DNA of 64,000 nt. It comes from a virus. Taxonomy: Duplodnaviria > Caudoviricetes. Location: IMG/VR virus record IMGVR_UViG_3300037010_001838; one strand, 5' to 3'. The position numbers were made by a program, and so were the translations under genes. A model generated the notes under the pieces. The model searched no databases and was not told the DNA's origin. It was given only the letters and a program-made list of their open reading frames with translations. Numbering within the stretch: the first letter of the stretch is position 1; every line of letters begins with the position of its first letter. This document shows, one piece after another, positions 25,458 to 34,312 of this stretch.

Positions 25458-25495
25458 CCCTCCGGAACAACTTTATTTAATATTGGAGAAGTAAA

Positions 25496-26071
25496 TTGAG
25501 CGCACCGTTGATCTTAACTTTAGACACATCAGGAATGCCGCGACAGTGGGTTACGTGGCAAGATGCAATTGTTTATCATGCAAAAGGTCTTGTTGCTTGG
25601 CAACATGGCCAGAGTGACTATACCTTTATGGGTGGAACTTCACGTATGACAGGAGAACGTTCCAAAATTTCAACACAAAGCATCATTGCTGTTGATGGTA
25701 TGGACGTTGGGAAAACATGGAAAAGAGTTGCAAAGGAACCACCATTGTCAAGTAAATTAATTTTTCGTCGAGATCGCCACATCTGTGCGTACTGTGGACG
25801 TCCTTTCTCGGAAGATAGTTTAACTCGTGACCACATCATCCCCCAACGGATGCATGGAAAAGACACGTGGATGAATTTGGTATCCGCTTGCAAAAGTTGT
25901 AATCATAGGAAGGCTGACAGAACTCCTCAAGGTGCAAACATGGAATTGTTGTATGTTCCATATGTCCCCGTAAAGAGTGAATTTTTGATTCTTGCAAACA
26001 GAAAGATTCTGGCTGACCAAATGGAATATTTAATGCAGAATGTTCCAGAAACCAGTAGACTGCATAGTTAA
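25496..26071 (+). CDS. HNH endonuclease
   Basis: RDRHICAYCG, TRDHIIP, WMNLVSACKSCNHRK; TTG start after SD ggag. Confidence 0.92.
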   Translation: MSAPLILTLDTSGMPRQWVTWQDAIVYHAKGLVAWQHGQSDYTFMGGTSRMTGERSKISTQSIIAVDGMDVGKTWKRVAKEPPLSSKLIFRRDRHICAYCGRPFSEDSLTRDHIIPQRMHGKDTWMNLVSACKSCNHRKADRTPQGANMELLYVPYVPVKSEFLILANRKILADQMEYLMQNVPETSRLHS

Positions 26072-26095
26072 AAGGGGGGCCTAGGCCCCCCTTTT
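26070..26095. terminator. bidirectional terminator between convergent genes
   Basis: Perfect palindrome aaaaggggggcct|aggcccccctttt. Confidence 0.9.
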
Positions 26096-26096
26096 A

Positions 26097-27089
26097 TTAA
26101 CTCAACCCAACACCTGACTTCAGAGATTTATTAATAAATCCTACCGCGAAGTTAGCATTCAGTGCTTCAAAGTGACATAATCCTACTGAAAAATCCACGA
26201 TTCTTGGTTCATCGTTGAGACCTTTCCAGAACTTTCTCAACAAATCTTCAATAAACCCGATTGCGTCATTACTACCAACCATTTGAGCCATACTAAATTC
26301 ACCAACACGAGTTACAATACCCGATAATACTTCTGATGGCTGAATTTTACGACAAAGATCAACAATATCTTCAATCCACAATAAATCATTACAATATGGA
26401 TCAAATTCAATCTTAATAGTTGCTTCACTTCGTTGTGAATGAGAAATTGCTGGTGTATCCAGTTGTTCACGAGAATAACGTGCCAATTCATATGAACACG
26501 GACAGGCACTGTTATATGTGTAAACGATAGTTATGTATGTTTTCAGTACACCGTCAACGTCTTGAATTTCGAATTCAGTTGGATAGTATAACCAACCGGA
26601 ATGTTCTTCACGCCAGTGTTTCTGTTTATATGGATAATCAAAGCGAACTTTCAAATATCCTTCAACTGCTGGTAACTTTTCCTTATAATCTTCGACGACT
26701 TTAATCAAATCAAGTAATTCAATACTTCCTTTCCCGTCTACGTGGTCATAAAAACAACGTGCTAACCGTGACATATTAATACCCCGAGCATGAACATCGT
26801 CTAATGATACGTAAGCACTTATATCACCCTTAACAGTAATAACATCTCCAGCACGACGCTTAACGTTTAGTGGAAGCACCAAACTCTTAATTCCAACTTT
26901 TGGAATCCTAACTTGGGCGTGTTCATTAAAATGTAAATTTTGTGGATCTGGAATATCATCTTTTGTAACTTTTAAATCCCAATCAAACGATTTAAGTTGC
27001 GACTTTTGATGTTGAATATCTGAAAGATTGTTTTCAGTTGATGAATCCACACAATTACCACAGCATCCTGTTCCTTCGCTACATGACAT
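26097..27089 (-). CDS. folE2: GTP cyclohydrolase I type B (FolE2/MptA family)
   Basis: VGIKSL, RGINMSRL, SACPCS, HSQRS, FIEDLLR. Confidence 0.88.
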   Translation of the reverse strand: MSCSEGTGCCGNCVDSSTENNLSDIQHQKSQLKSFDWDLKVTKDDIPDPQNLHFNEHAQVRIPKVGIKSLVLPLNVKRRAGDVITVKGDISAYVSLDDVHARGINMSRLARCFYDHVDGKGSIELLDLIKVVEDYKEKLPAVEGYLKVRFDYPYKQKHWREEHSGWLYYPTEFEIQDVDGVLKTYITIVYTYNSACPCSYELARYSREQLDTPAISHSQRSEATIKIEFDPYCNDLLWIEDIVDLCRKIQPSEVLSGIVTRVGEFSMAQMVGSNDAIGFIEDLLRKFWKGLNDEPRIVDFSVGLCHFEALNANFAVGFINKSLKSGVGLS

Positions 27090-27102
27090 ATATTTCTCCT
27101 TA

Positions 27103-27714
27103 TTATTTTGTCTTATTTTTCCAATTATATTCACTTTGTGTTGCAATTATATTAATACGTTCTTCCAAATCTGGTGTTTGAATGGTGTTGATCTTACTAT
27201 TCATCGTCATCTGTTGAGTATAATCTAACATAACCAAATCAACCATTCGACTGTAATGTTTACCTGCCCCACGAACCCCATCGCTTACAACATTAAAATA
27301 TCCTGCACGTAAGTAATAAACATGCTCGTAATGTTGTTGAAATAACATACATCTTTTGTAATACTCATTTAACCAGTCTGAATATTTGTTGTCTTTTCCC
27401 AAAGAAATAAGCGCATATGTAAATAAATCCGCATACGTCCGTTCTCCATAATACAACTGGGAAGAATTAACTGCATCACATTCGTCGTTATATTTACGAA
27501 GAATAATCTCGTCTTGAAATTTAAGCGTAAGATCAGGGTTGTTATTAACTTCTTCTAGAGTGACATTCCATTCAGAGAGAATAGACCGCGAAGTTTTTCT
27601 ATCAATCGTTTTTGCGTGAACATATTCTTGTCCATCATGGAACTCTCGTTTCACTAACTCATTAATAATGGTAGATTTACCACTACCTTGACTCCCGGAA
27701 ATAGCAATTAGCAT
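27103..27714 (-). CDS. P-loop nucleoside-monophosphate-kinase-like protein
   Basis: GSQGSGKST Walker A; ERTYAD. Confidence 0.7.
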   Translation of the reverse strand: MLIAISGSQGSGKSTIINELVKREFHDGQEYVHAKTIDRKTSRSILSEWNVTLEEVNNNPDLTLKFQDEIILRKYNDECDAVNSSQLYYGERTYADLFTYALISLGKDNKYSDWLNEYYKRCMLFQQHYEHVYYLRAGYFNVVSDGVRGAGKHYSRMVDLVMLDYTQQMTMNSKINTIQTPDLEERINIIATQSEYNWKNKTK

Positions 27715-28052
27715 TATTCCACCTCTACTAATTCTTCTTTTATTTCAGCTAACTTTTTTTCAACAGCAGCTTGTTTTTGAACTCTGAATCGTTCATAGAA
27801 TGATAATGCTTGTTCGATTATTGGTGTAATGTGTTGAATTTTCTTTGAAAAATACTTTCGTTTAGCTGACGTCTTCGCTTCACTGAACTTTGATCTATAT
27901 TCGACAACTTGTTTAAGCATTGACATTATTTCAGTTTCAACTTGTTCTTCAACTGTTAACTTATCTGTTGTTTCCACAGATTCTTGAATGGAATCGCTTA
28001 TTAATTCATAGGAAAACTCATCATTTTCAATGATAGAAGGTTTATCATTCAT
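27714..28052 (-). CDS. hypothetical protein
   Basis: Helical ORF, start at MNDKP. Confidence 0.6.
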   Translation of the reverse strand: MNDKPSIIENDEFSYELISDSIQESVETTDKLTVEEQVETEIMSMLKQVVEYRSKFSEAKTSAKRKYFSKKIQHITPIIEQALSFYERFRVQKQAAVEKKLAEIKEELVEVE

Positions 28053-28111
28053 GTTTTGCCTCTTCAAAATATAACATATATTATACAATAAAGACAAAAA
28101 CAAATCTACGA

Positions 28112-28642
28112 TTAATTTGGTAATCCTTCAATTTTTATCATCTGAACGTTTCCAGAAGTCCACAAAGAATATGTTTGTGTTCCATCTTCTGATGCTGTAT
28201 TATCAATTGGAATATCTGTTCCGGCCAGTATATTTTTTCGAATTTTAAATTCATCTGTTCGTTGGTCACCAATCTTATATACCCACAATTCTGAAAAAGT
28301 TCCATCTTCTGACTCACGTTTATACACCAGGTGAGCACCTTTAACAACACGGATGGCTCCCTGTCTATTAGGATCTTGTTCATCTACTGTCGTTTGTTGT
28401 GGGTCCATCTGATCTTGATCTTCAGTATTTTCTACATCTAACTGTAATAAATCATCATCTTCTTCATTGTCTTCGTCTGGTAATGTTGAAGATATAGAAC
28501 CACCCACAACATCACCAATCTGTTGTTTATTGTGTGGATTATTATAACCAGCATAATAACCAGAACCAGCGTTTGCTTGATTTCGATTAATAGGATTAGT
28601 AATAGAATTTTTGCTCAAATAGTCTTTAAAGGTTAGAGGCAT
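28112..28642 (-). CDS. hypothetical protein with MPLTFKDYL N-terminus
   Basis: Late-type gATAAATA at 28675-28668; GAIRVVKGAHLVYKR. Confidence 0.7.
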   Translation of the reverse strand: MPLTFKDYLSKNSITNPINRNQANAGSGYYAGYNNPHNKQQIGDVVGGSISSTLPDEDNEEDDDLLQLDVENTEDQDQMDPQQTTVDEQDPNRQGAIRVVKGAHLVYKRESEDGTFSELWVYKIGDQRTDEFKIRKNILAGTDIPIDNTASEDGTQTYSLWTSGNVQMIKIEGLPN

Positions 28643-28730
28643 ATTTTTTCTTTTCAATTTATTATATTTATTTATCACTATTCGTTCCTACACTATAAAT
28701 AACCCGTGAAGAACAATTACAGAGAACAAC

Positions 28731-29132
28731 ATGATAGTAGAAACACATCCAGAAGAGTATAACGGTTATTCATTTATCACACTGATTCAGTTTAACGAAA
28801 AACATTTATTAACAATAATCGACAATTGTGACAAAAAAACAATAAAAGCATATGTATTGGACTTTTGTGAAGTAGCAAACGTAGATGAAATTGAAATTAT
28901 TAATGTTGCAAATGAGTGGTGGAATAGTAAAAATCCTCCATATCCAGTATCAATAGAGTTTGCAAAAAAAGGATTAACATCCGAAGCATCCAAAATATAT
29001 CGTTCGTATGCTGTGGATTCCGTGTCCCGGGTTATTGGCCCAATTCCTTCCTTTGATATGGATAATATTCAAAAGATTCGTAGGAAACGACGAGTTTCCC
29101 CAAGTAACATTATTACCTTTCGAGCAACATAA
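28731..29132 (+). CDS. hypothetical late protein
   Basis: TATAAATA at 28694-28701. Confidence 0.7.
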   Translation: MIVETHPEEYNGYSFITLIQFNEKHLLTIIDNCDKKTIKAYVLDFCEVANVDEIEIINVANEWWNSKNPPYPVSIEFAKKGLTSEASKIYRSYAVDSVSRVIGPIPSFDMDNIQKIRRKRRVSPSNIITFRAT

Positions 29133-29514
29133 GATAATTTTTAAACGAAATGTGAAAAGTTTCGTTTGACAGTTGTTGATTTTGAGGAGAAGCAGATTCT
29201 TTAGTGGTGGAAGGAGTTTCTCCTTTTGCATATTGTTTACCTATATCTGTAAGTTGTCCTGTTTCATCCAAAATGCCTTCCTCTTGCATTAGAACTATTG
29301 CTGTATCTGTAAGATTCATTAATTCGGTTTCTGTATCAAATGTAATTAAATTAAGTTTCAATAAAAATTCTTTTGCACTACTCAATTTATCACTATCAAT
29401 ATGAATTTTTTTTCCACCATTAGGGGATTCTGGTGCATTTGCTATTTTAGCAAGTAGCATTTTTTGGTGATTGGTTAAGTTAACCGTTGGCATGACACGC
29501 ATTATATTCTCCAA
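29113..29514 (-). CDS. hypothetical late protein
   Basis: TATAAATA at 29531-29524 (- strand). Confidence 0.65.
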   Translation of the reverse strand: MENIMRVMPTVNLTNHQKMLLAKIANAPESPNGGKKIHIDSDKLSSAKEFLLKLNLITFDTETELMNLTDTAIVLMQEEGILDETGQLTDIGKQYAKGETPSTTKESASPQNQQLSNETFHISFKNYLMLLER

Positions 29515-29536
29515 GATTTAATATATTTATACTGAA

Positions 29537-30736
29537 CTACCACTTGTCCAAAGAACAAGTGGGGTCACCCAATGGCAACGCAATTCCTGTTTCATTGATA
29601 TTAGAATCAATATCTCTGCAGGCGTAAATTCGGCTAGTTCCCAGCCTATATAATTCAGATAACCCAAATGAACGAATATTAACAGCTGCATTAATGTCTC
29701 TATCGTGTTTAACGCCACATTCACAATCCCACTCTCTATCGTTCAGAGTTAGATTGTTGTTAAGCGTTCCGCACGATGAACACATTTTAGAACTAGGGGA
29801 GTATCTATCAATTTCAACTAATATTCCACCGGTTTCAGCTAATTTATGTTGGAGTTTTGTTTTAAATAACCCCCAACTAGCGGAACTGATTGATTTAGCC
29901 AATTTCCTGTTCTGAACCATGCCTTTAATATTCAGGTCTTCCATGCAAACAACTTGATAGTTTTTGGTTATCGAACTAACAAGTTTCCATTGGAAGTCTT
30001 TTCTTTGATTTGCCACATGTCTATGTAGCTTATTTAATTTCTTCTTTGCTTTTGTTCTATTTGAGCTACCTTTCACCTTTTTTGAGAGCGATTTCTGTTT
30101 GTGTTTTAACAGCTTTTCGCTCTTTTGAAGGTGTTTTGGGTTTGAATATTTAACACCTGTGTTAAGAACAGCAAAATCTTTGATTCCGACATCAATGCCA
30201 ATAACTTCTTGTTCTGTAAAGATATTTCTAACTGGAACGTCGGGTAATTCGCAGGTAATATATCCAAACCACTTATCATCGACGCATTTAACTACTATTC
30301 GTTTTGCTTTTCCCTCAAATTCTCGCTGTTTGTTGTATTTAATTCGACCAATTTTAGGTAATTTAATGCTTCTATTGCAAATATTAAAGTGTTGTGGCAC
30401 CGCAAATGTAGCAACTGATGTGTGTTTGCTTTTAAATTTAGGAAATCCCACTGCTTTCTTATTTTTAATTTTTCTGGTGATTGCGTTGTTTAAATTAATC
30501 ACTTGTTCTTGTAGAGATTGGCTGTTTGTCTCACTTAGCCAAGGATATGTTGCCTTCAGCTCAGGCAATAACTTGCTCATTTCAAAACGAAACACAAACT
30601 GCTTGTCAGCCTCATATTTCTTAATATTTAAATCAAGCATTTGGTTCCATAACCAACGAACAGAACCACAGTGTTGTTTGAACAACACAATTTGATCTTC
30701 ATTTGGTAACAATTGAACCTCAAAGGTTTTGATCAT
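29537..30736 (-). CDS. tnpB: TnpB RNA-guided endonuclease
   Basis: HTH N-terminus; RuvC GIDVGIKDF, CMEDL, DRDINAAVNI; Zn finger CSSC...CEC. Confidence 0.95.
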   Translation of the reverse strand: MIKTFEVQLLPNEDQIVLFKQHCGSVRWLWNQMLDLNIKKYEADKQFVFRFEMSKLLPELKATYPWLSETNSQSLQEQVINLNNAITRKIKNKKAVGFPKFKSKHTSVATFAVPQHFNICNRSIKLPKIGRIKYNKQREFEGKAKRIVVKCVDDKWFGYITCELPDVPVRNIFTEQEVIGIDVGIKDFAVLNTGVKYSNPKHLQKSEKLLKHKQKSLSKKVKGSSNRTKAKKKLNKLHRHVANQRKDFQWKLVSSITKNYQVVCMEDLNIKGMVQNRKLAKSISSASWGLFKTKLQHKLAETGGILVEIDRYSPSSKMCSSCGTLNNNLTLNDREWDCECGVKHDRDINAAVNIRSFGLSELYRLGTSRIYACRDIDSNINETGIALPLGDPTCSLDKW

Positions 30737-30796
30737 AAATATTTAGCACAAGTGAATTAATTTCATATAGAGGTATTTACGCTAGATCATTCGAAG

Positions 30797-31207
30797 TTGT
30801 CCAGTAACTACAAAAGAGGTAGTCATTACAAGCATCATTTATCTATCCACTTGATTTTAACAGTAAAATATAGAAGGGATATCTTGAAGCACGTTGGTGC
30901 TGAGTTGATTGAAAAGATAAATGATATAGCAACAACGCAAAACTTTAAGGTAAAACAAGCACAACATGATAACAACCACATTCATCTACTGATTGATTTT
31001 GACCCAAAAGTATCTGTCTCCTCAATTTGTCGCAAAATCAAAGCAGAAACCACAATATGGGTTTGGGCTACACATGAGGGAACTTGTCGTAAATATTTTT
31101 GGAAACCAGGTAGAAAATTATTGTGGGCAGATGGGTATTTTGTCTGCACGACTGGAGATGCAAGTCGCGAAAAGCTGGTTGAATATGTTGCAAATCAGGG
31201 CAAATAG
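30797..31207 (+). CDS. tnpA: IS200-type Y1 (HUH) transposase
   Basis: HLILTVKYRR, NHIHLLI, LWADGYF, EYVANQ. Confidence 0.95.
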   Translation: MSSNYKRGSHYKHHLSIHLILTVKYRRDILKHVGAELIEKINDIATTQNFKVKQAQHDNNHIHLLIDFDPKVSVSSICRKIKAETTIWVWATHEGTCRKYFWKPGRKLLWADGYFVCTTGDASREKLVEYVANQGK

Positions 31208-31257
31208 CTCCTTTTCATCCATTTGTCTAAAGAACAAGTGGGATTCAGTAGATCTAA

Positions 31258-31842
31258 CTAAATTTCAATTCCTACGTTTATTAAATGGAGTTGGAGTACA
31301 ATATTGTGGGCGTAAGCAACAGAATGACTTCTTTTAAACCAAATGGCATTCTTTTTGGTTGGTGTTTTATACAACTCATCGCGAACAATATCTCTGTCTT
31401 TAATATAATCTTCTAACAAGTATTTTTTCCCAGGACGAATTAAAGCGAGAACGTCAGCCAACTCTTGGATGGACCTTGGGGCAATTCTAGAAACAACATC
31501 ATAGTGGTTCGATAAGTGAAACAGTTTACTAACAACAGATGGAATCTTCAATAAATCCCAATTTGGTTCTTTTTTCAATAACACTCTAATTTCATTCTTG
31601 TTTTCAAAATAATCAAGTAATGACAGGTGCAAGAAATCAACTTTAAAATATCCCAAGTCTTCAGCATCTTTATATGGTATAGCTGATAAACCTGTTACTT
31701 TATCTTTCGGAATTTCTTGGAAATACGTTCCAACTGGATGTCGTACAAGTTCTTCATTTTTTACCATAGAAGCAGCAACAGAAGTTTTAAAAACACTCTG
31801 TGCGTCGAATGAGGTTTGAGTATCAATATCAATATCAGGCAT
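31258..31842 (-). CDS. DnaE (Pol III alpha)-like fragment, second half of the palm
   Basis: Starts MPDIDID; RHPVG; YFKVDFLHL; ELADVLALIRPG; FKRSHSVAYA. Confidence 0.8.
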   Translation of the reverse strand: MPDIDIDTQTSFDAQSVFKTSVAASMVKNEELVRHPVGTYFQEIPKDKVTGLSAIPYKDAEDLGYFKVDFLHLSLLDYFENKNEIRVLLKKEPNWDLLKIPSVVSKLFHLSNHYDVVSRIAPRSIQELADVLALIRPGKKYLLEDYIKDRDIVRDELYKTPTKKNAIWFKRSHSVAYAHNIVLQLHLINVGIEI

Positions 31843-31873
31843 ATTTTAATTATACCTAATATTGAAAAAATTG

Positions 31874-32413
31874 TCAAGAAAGACTATCTAATTGTAAAAA
31901 TATGTTTTGTATAACATTATCGACACATTCTTTAGTTTCACAAACAAAAATTTTGCTATACGCTTGTTTTCTAATTTTTTCTGTTTGTGCAGCTATATTT
32001 AACCACTGTTTTCGTTTAGTTAAAATATTCTGTGTTACCTCTTTTCCTGTTTTACCTGTTAATTCGATATCAACGGCAATAAATGGATAATTTGAGATAT
32101 CTTCAGGGAACCCCAACGATGCATAATCTATTGCTTCCTGTGTTTTTTCCCAATAAACATCATTTTGACTCGAAATAACAGAGGCAAATAAAGAACGCAA
32201 CTCATCTATTCTGGTTTGTATAAGTTCAAATTGTTCATGTTGATACTGCTGTATTTTAAATTCTTTTATTTTAATTTGATTGTCTTCAACGAATAAACTT
32301 TCATCAAGTTCGCTTCCATTATAAACTAAACAAGTTGTGGTGGATGGAATAAACAACGGTTCTTTTTGAAGGATTTGTAGGATAGTATTATTTTTTGTTA
32401 TTATATATCGCAT
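31874..32413 (-). CDS. tail-fibre-associated protein
   Basis: In fibre operon; YWEKTQEA...AAQTEKIRK. Confidence 0.5.
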   Translation of the reverse strand: MRYIITKNNTILQILQKEPLFIPSTTTCLVYNGSELDESLFVEDNQIKIKEFKIQQYQHEQFELIQTRIDELRSLFASVISSQNDVYWEKTQEAIDYASLGFPEDISNYPFIAVDIELTGKTGKEVTQNILTKRKQWLNIAAQTEKIRKQAYSKIFVCETKECVDNVIQNIFLQLDSLS

Positions 32414-32775
32414 TATAATACTCCAGAAATAGTAAACCAAATTCCTGAATTTGTTGATTCGTATAATACAGGAGCAACAACAGATAAAATGTCACCAATT
32501 TCAAAACTCACGGGTATACCTTCAAACACCCCCGCTTGTGAATTGGAATTAAAGGTAATTGTTGCAAATTGATAACCATTCTTCTGAAGGCTAACGACAA
32601 AAGGGGACGTGGTTAATTCATCAATAATAGCCATTGAACCATCCACATTATTCAACAAAGAAAATTTTCGAACACACACAAATTTAAATATAATATCATT
32701 TGAGTTAATTCTAGTGGAACCACCAAACATATCATAGAATTTCAAATTTTGAATTTCGTTTTCAACAAACATCAA
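32413..32775 (-). CDS. tail-fibre-associated beta-rich protein
   Basis: GDILSV motif; operon context. Confidence 0.5.
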   Translation of the reverse strand: MMFVENEIQNLKFYDMFGGSTRINSNDIIFKFVCVRKFSLLNNVDGSMAIIDELTTSPFVVSLQKNGYQFATITFNSNSQAGVFEGIPVSFEIGDILSVVAPVLYESTNSGIWFTISGVL

Positions 32776-32790
32776 CTTTTCTCCAGGTTA

Positions 32791-33429
32791 TTAGATCCAA
32801 ATAGCTCCAACCAAATTTCTAGTATGAGTAGATCCAGTTCCACTTGCTGTTACAACATTACCTGTTGGCATGATTCCGTTTGTTGTAGCCGCTGCATGAG
32901 AACTGAATCCCGTCCCATCTGTTAAAAGATGTTCATATTGTTCTGTTACGTTTGGTGTCCAATTAATGGTTTCTGCTAGATCTGCCGAGGTGGAGAAAAA
33001 TACTCCAACACCAGACGCAGAAGTTGTTAAAGAAGCAGAAGTTCCTGGTGTTATATTAGAACCTGTAAACACTGGAACATCACTGTTGTTATTAGACAAT
33101 AAAAATATTCCTACGGAAGACCTAACACCTGTTACGGGAACAGTTCCTGTAACAGTAACTGAACCACCAGATATTATTCTTCTAGTAAATATTGCTGTTG
33201 GTTCTGTGCTTGAAAAATTCACCAAGGGGGTAACTGGAACACCACCGATAGTCGTTTGTGTAAACTCTTGTGAACCATCTCCTGTCAATATCCCAATTGC
33301 CATTGTGGCTATTACCAATCCACCATACGGAATCACAAATGTAAATGAATATGTAGATAAATCACTTAATGTTGAATCCGTTCCAATATAAATTAATCTT
33401 CTCGAGGAATGAAGTAATAATTTTCTCAT
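32791..33429 (-). CDS. putative fibre tip/receptor-binding subunit (Z2)
   Basis: T/G/S-rich; N-terminus MRKLLLH resembles that of 36407. Confidence 0.5.
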   Translation of the reverse strand: MRKLLLHSSRRLIYIGTDSTLSDLSTYSFTFVIPYGGLVIATMAIGILTGDGSQEFTQTTIGGVPVTPLVNFSSTEPTAIFTRRIISGGSVTVTGTVPVTGVRSSVGIFLLSNNNSDVPVFTGSNITPGTSASLTTSASGVGVFFSTSADLAETINWTPNVTEQYEHLLTDGTGFSSHAAATTNGIMPTGNVVTASGTGSTHTRNLVGAIWI

Positions 33430-33899
33430 ACTAAATTCAAGCTTTCAAGAATGCTAACTGATGTTGCGTTTGTAATATTAGTTTCATTGTTATTTAAGGT
33501 TATTCGAATATTGTTTCGTTGATTAGATATATCACTCGGAATAGATGTTCCCATTTCAACAAATCTAGTAACATACCAATCAGTAGAACGCAAATCAGTG
33601 TTTGCTTTATTTTTTACAATTTCAGTTAACTGTTGTTGTAACGTTACCAGATCTTTATCTGTTGTTTGCCACACACGCGTTGGAACTCCTCCAATTAATT
33701 GAACTGATCCTGATACATCATAGAAAAAGGTGTTAGGTTGAGTAACTTCATTGACAAGAACAATTCCCAGATCTGTTTTTTCAAGATCAGTTGAAAGTTC
33801 AAGCCAGTTGCTTGGGTACTGAATACCGTGAAGTGTAAACGGAACACCACTAATAAGTTCCATTACAATAACACCATTTTCAATTACGACATAATTCAT
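33426..33899 (-). CDS. tail-fibre assembly/chaperone-like protein (Y2)
   Basis: Paralogue of 36404-36892 (YP.NWL.LST, TDWYVTRF.E.GT.IP). Confidence 0.6.
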   Translation of the reverse strand: MNYVVIENGVIVMELISGVPFTLHGIQYPSNWLELSTDLEKTDLGIVLVNEVTQPNTFFYDVSGSVQLIGGVPTRVWQTTDKDLVTLQQQLTEIVKNKANTDLRSTDWYVTRFVEMGTSIPSDISNQRNNIRITLNNNETNITNATSVSILESLNLV

Positions 33900-33900
33900 A

Positions 33901-34296
33901 TTAACCTCCAACCCTTCTTAACAGCGTTGCTACTACTCTGGTAGTAGTGTAAACTTCATATACTAATACGTCGACTACACCAGGAAGTGTTGACAACGTG
34001 GGTGCAACCCCCTCCTCAAAACTCCAAAAACTACTAAATGCCACAGAATGACTTCCAACTCCATCTTGAACAATATAAATTACTCCCGACTGTCCAGGGG
34101 TAACATTTAATGGATTACCAAATGTTGTATTTCCTGTCAATGTTACGATAAAGTTGCGTGACAATGTGAAATCAGGAACCAATAAAGTTGAATACGGTAA
34201 TGTTAACATATTCCAAGGAACTCGAGAGTTAAACGTTGGAACATCAACTATTTCATTTGTGTCTACTTGAAATGCTTTTATTGTTGCAATAGTCAT
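33901..34296 (-). CDS. stand-alone fibre adaptor domain (X2)
   Basis: Matches the C-terminus of 36894-38420 (GQSGVIYI.QDG.GS, PTLST, DVLVYEVY). Confidence 0.6.
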   Translation of the reverse strand: MTIATIKAFQVDTNEIVDVPTFNSRVPWNMLTLPYSTLLVPDFTLSRNFIVTLTGNTTFGNPLNVTPGQSGVIYIVQDGVGSHSVAFSSFWSFEEGVAPTLSTLPGVVDVLVYEVYTTTRVVATLLRRVGG

Positions 34297-34312
34297 TTAT
34301 TAAAACTCCTTA

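Larger units (their letters stand above)
29532..31253 (-). mobile_element. IS200/IS605-family element, IS605 group (divergent tnpA and tnpB)
   Basis: Near-identical subterminal hairpins at 29540-29563 and 31219-31242; left-end target TTAG (31257-31254); right end TCAG (29535-29532). Confidence 0.88.
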
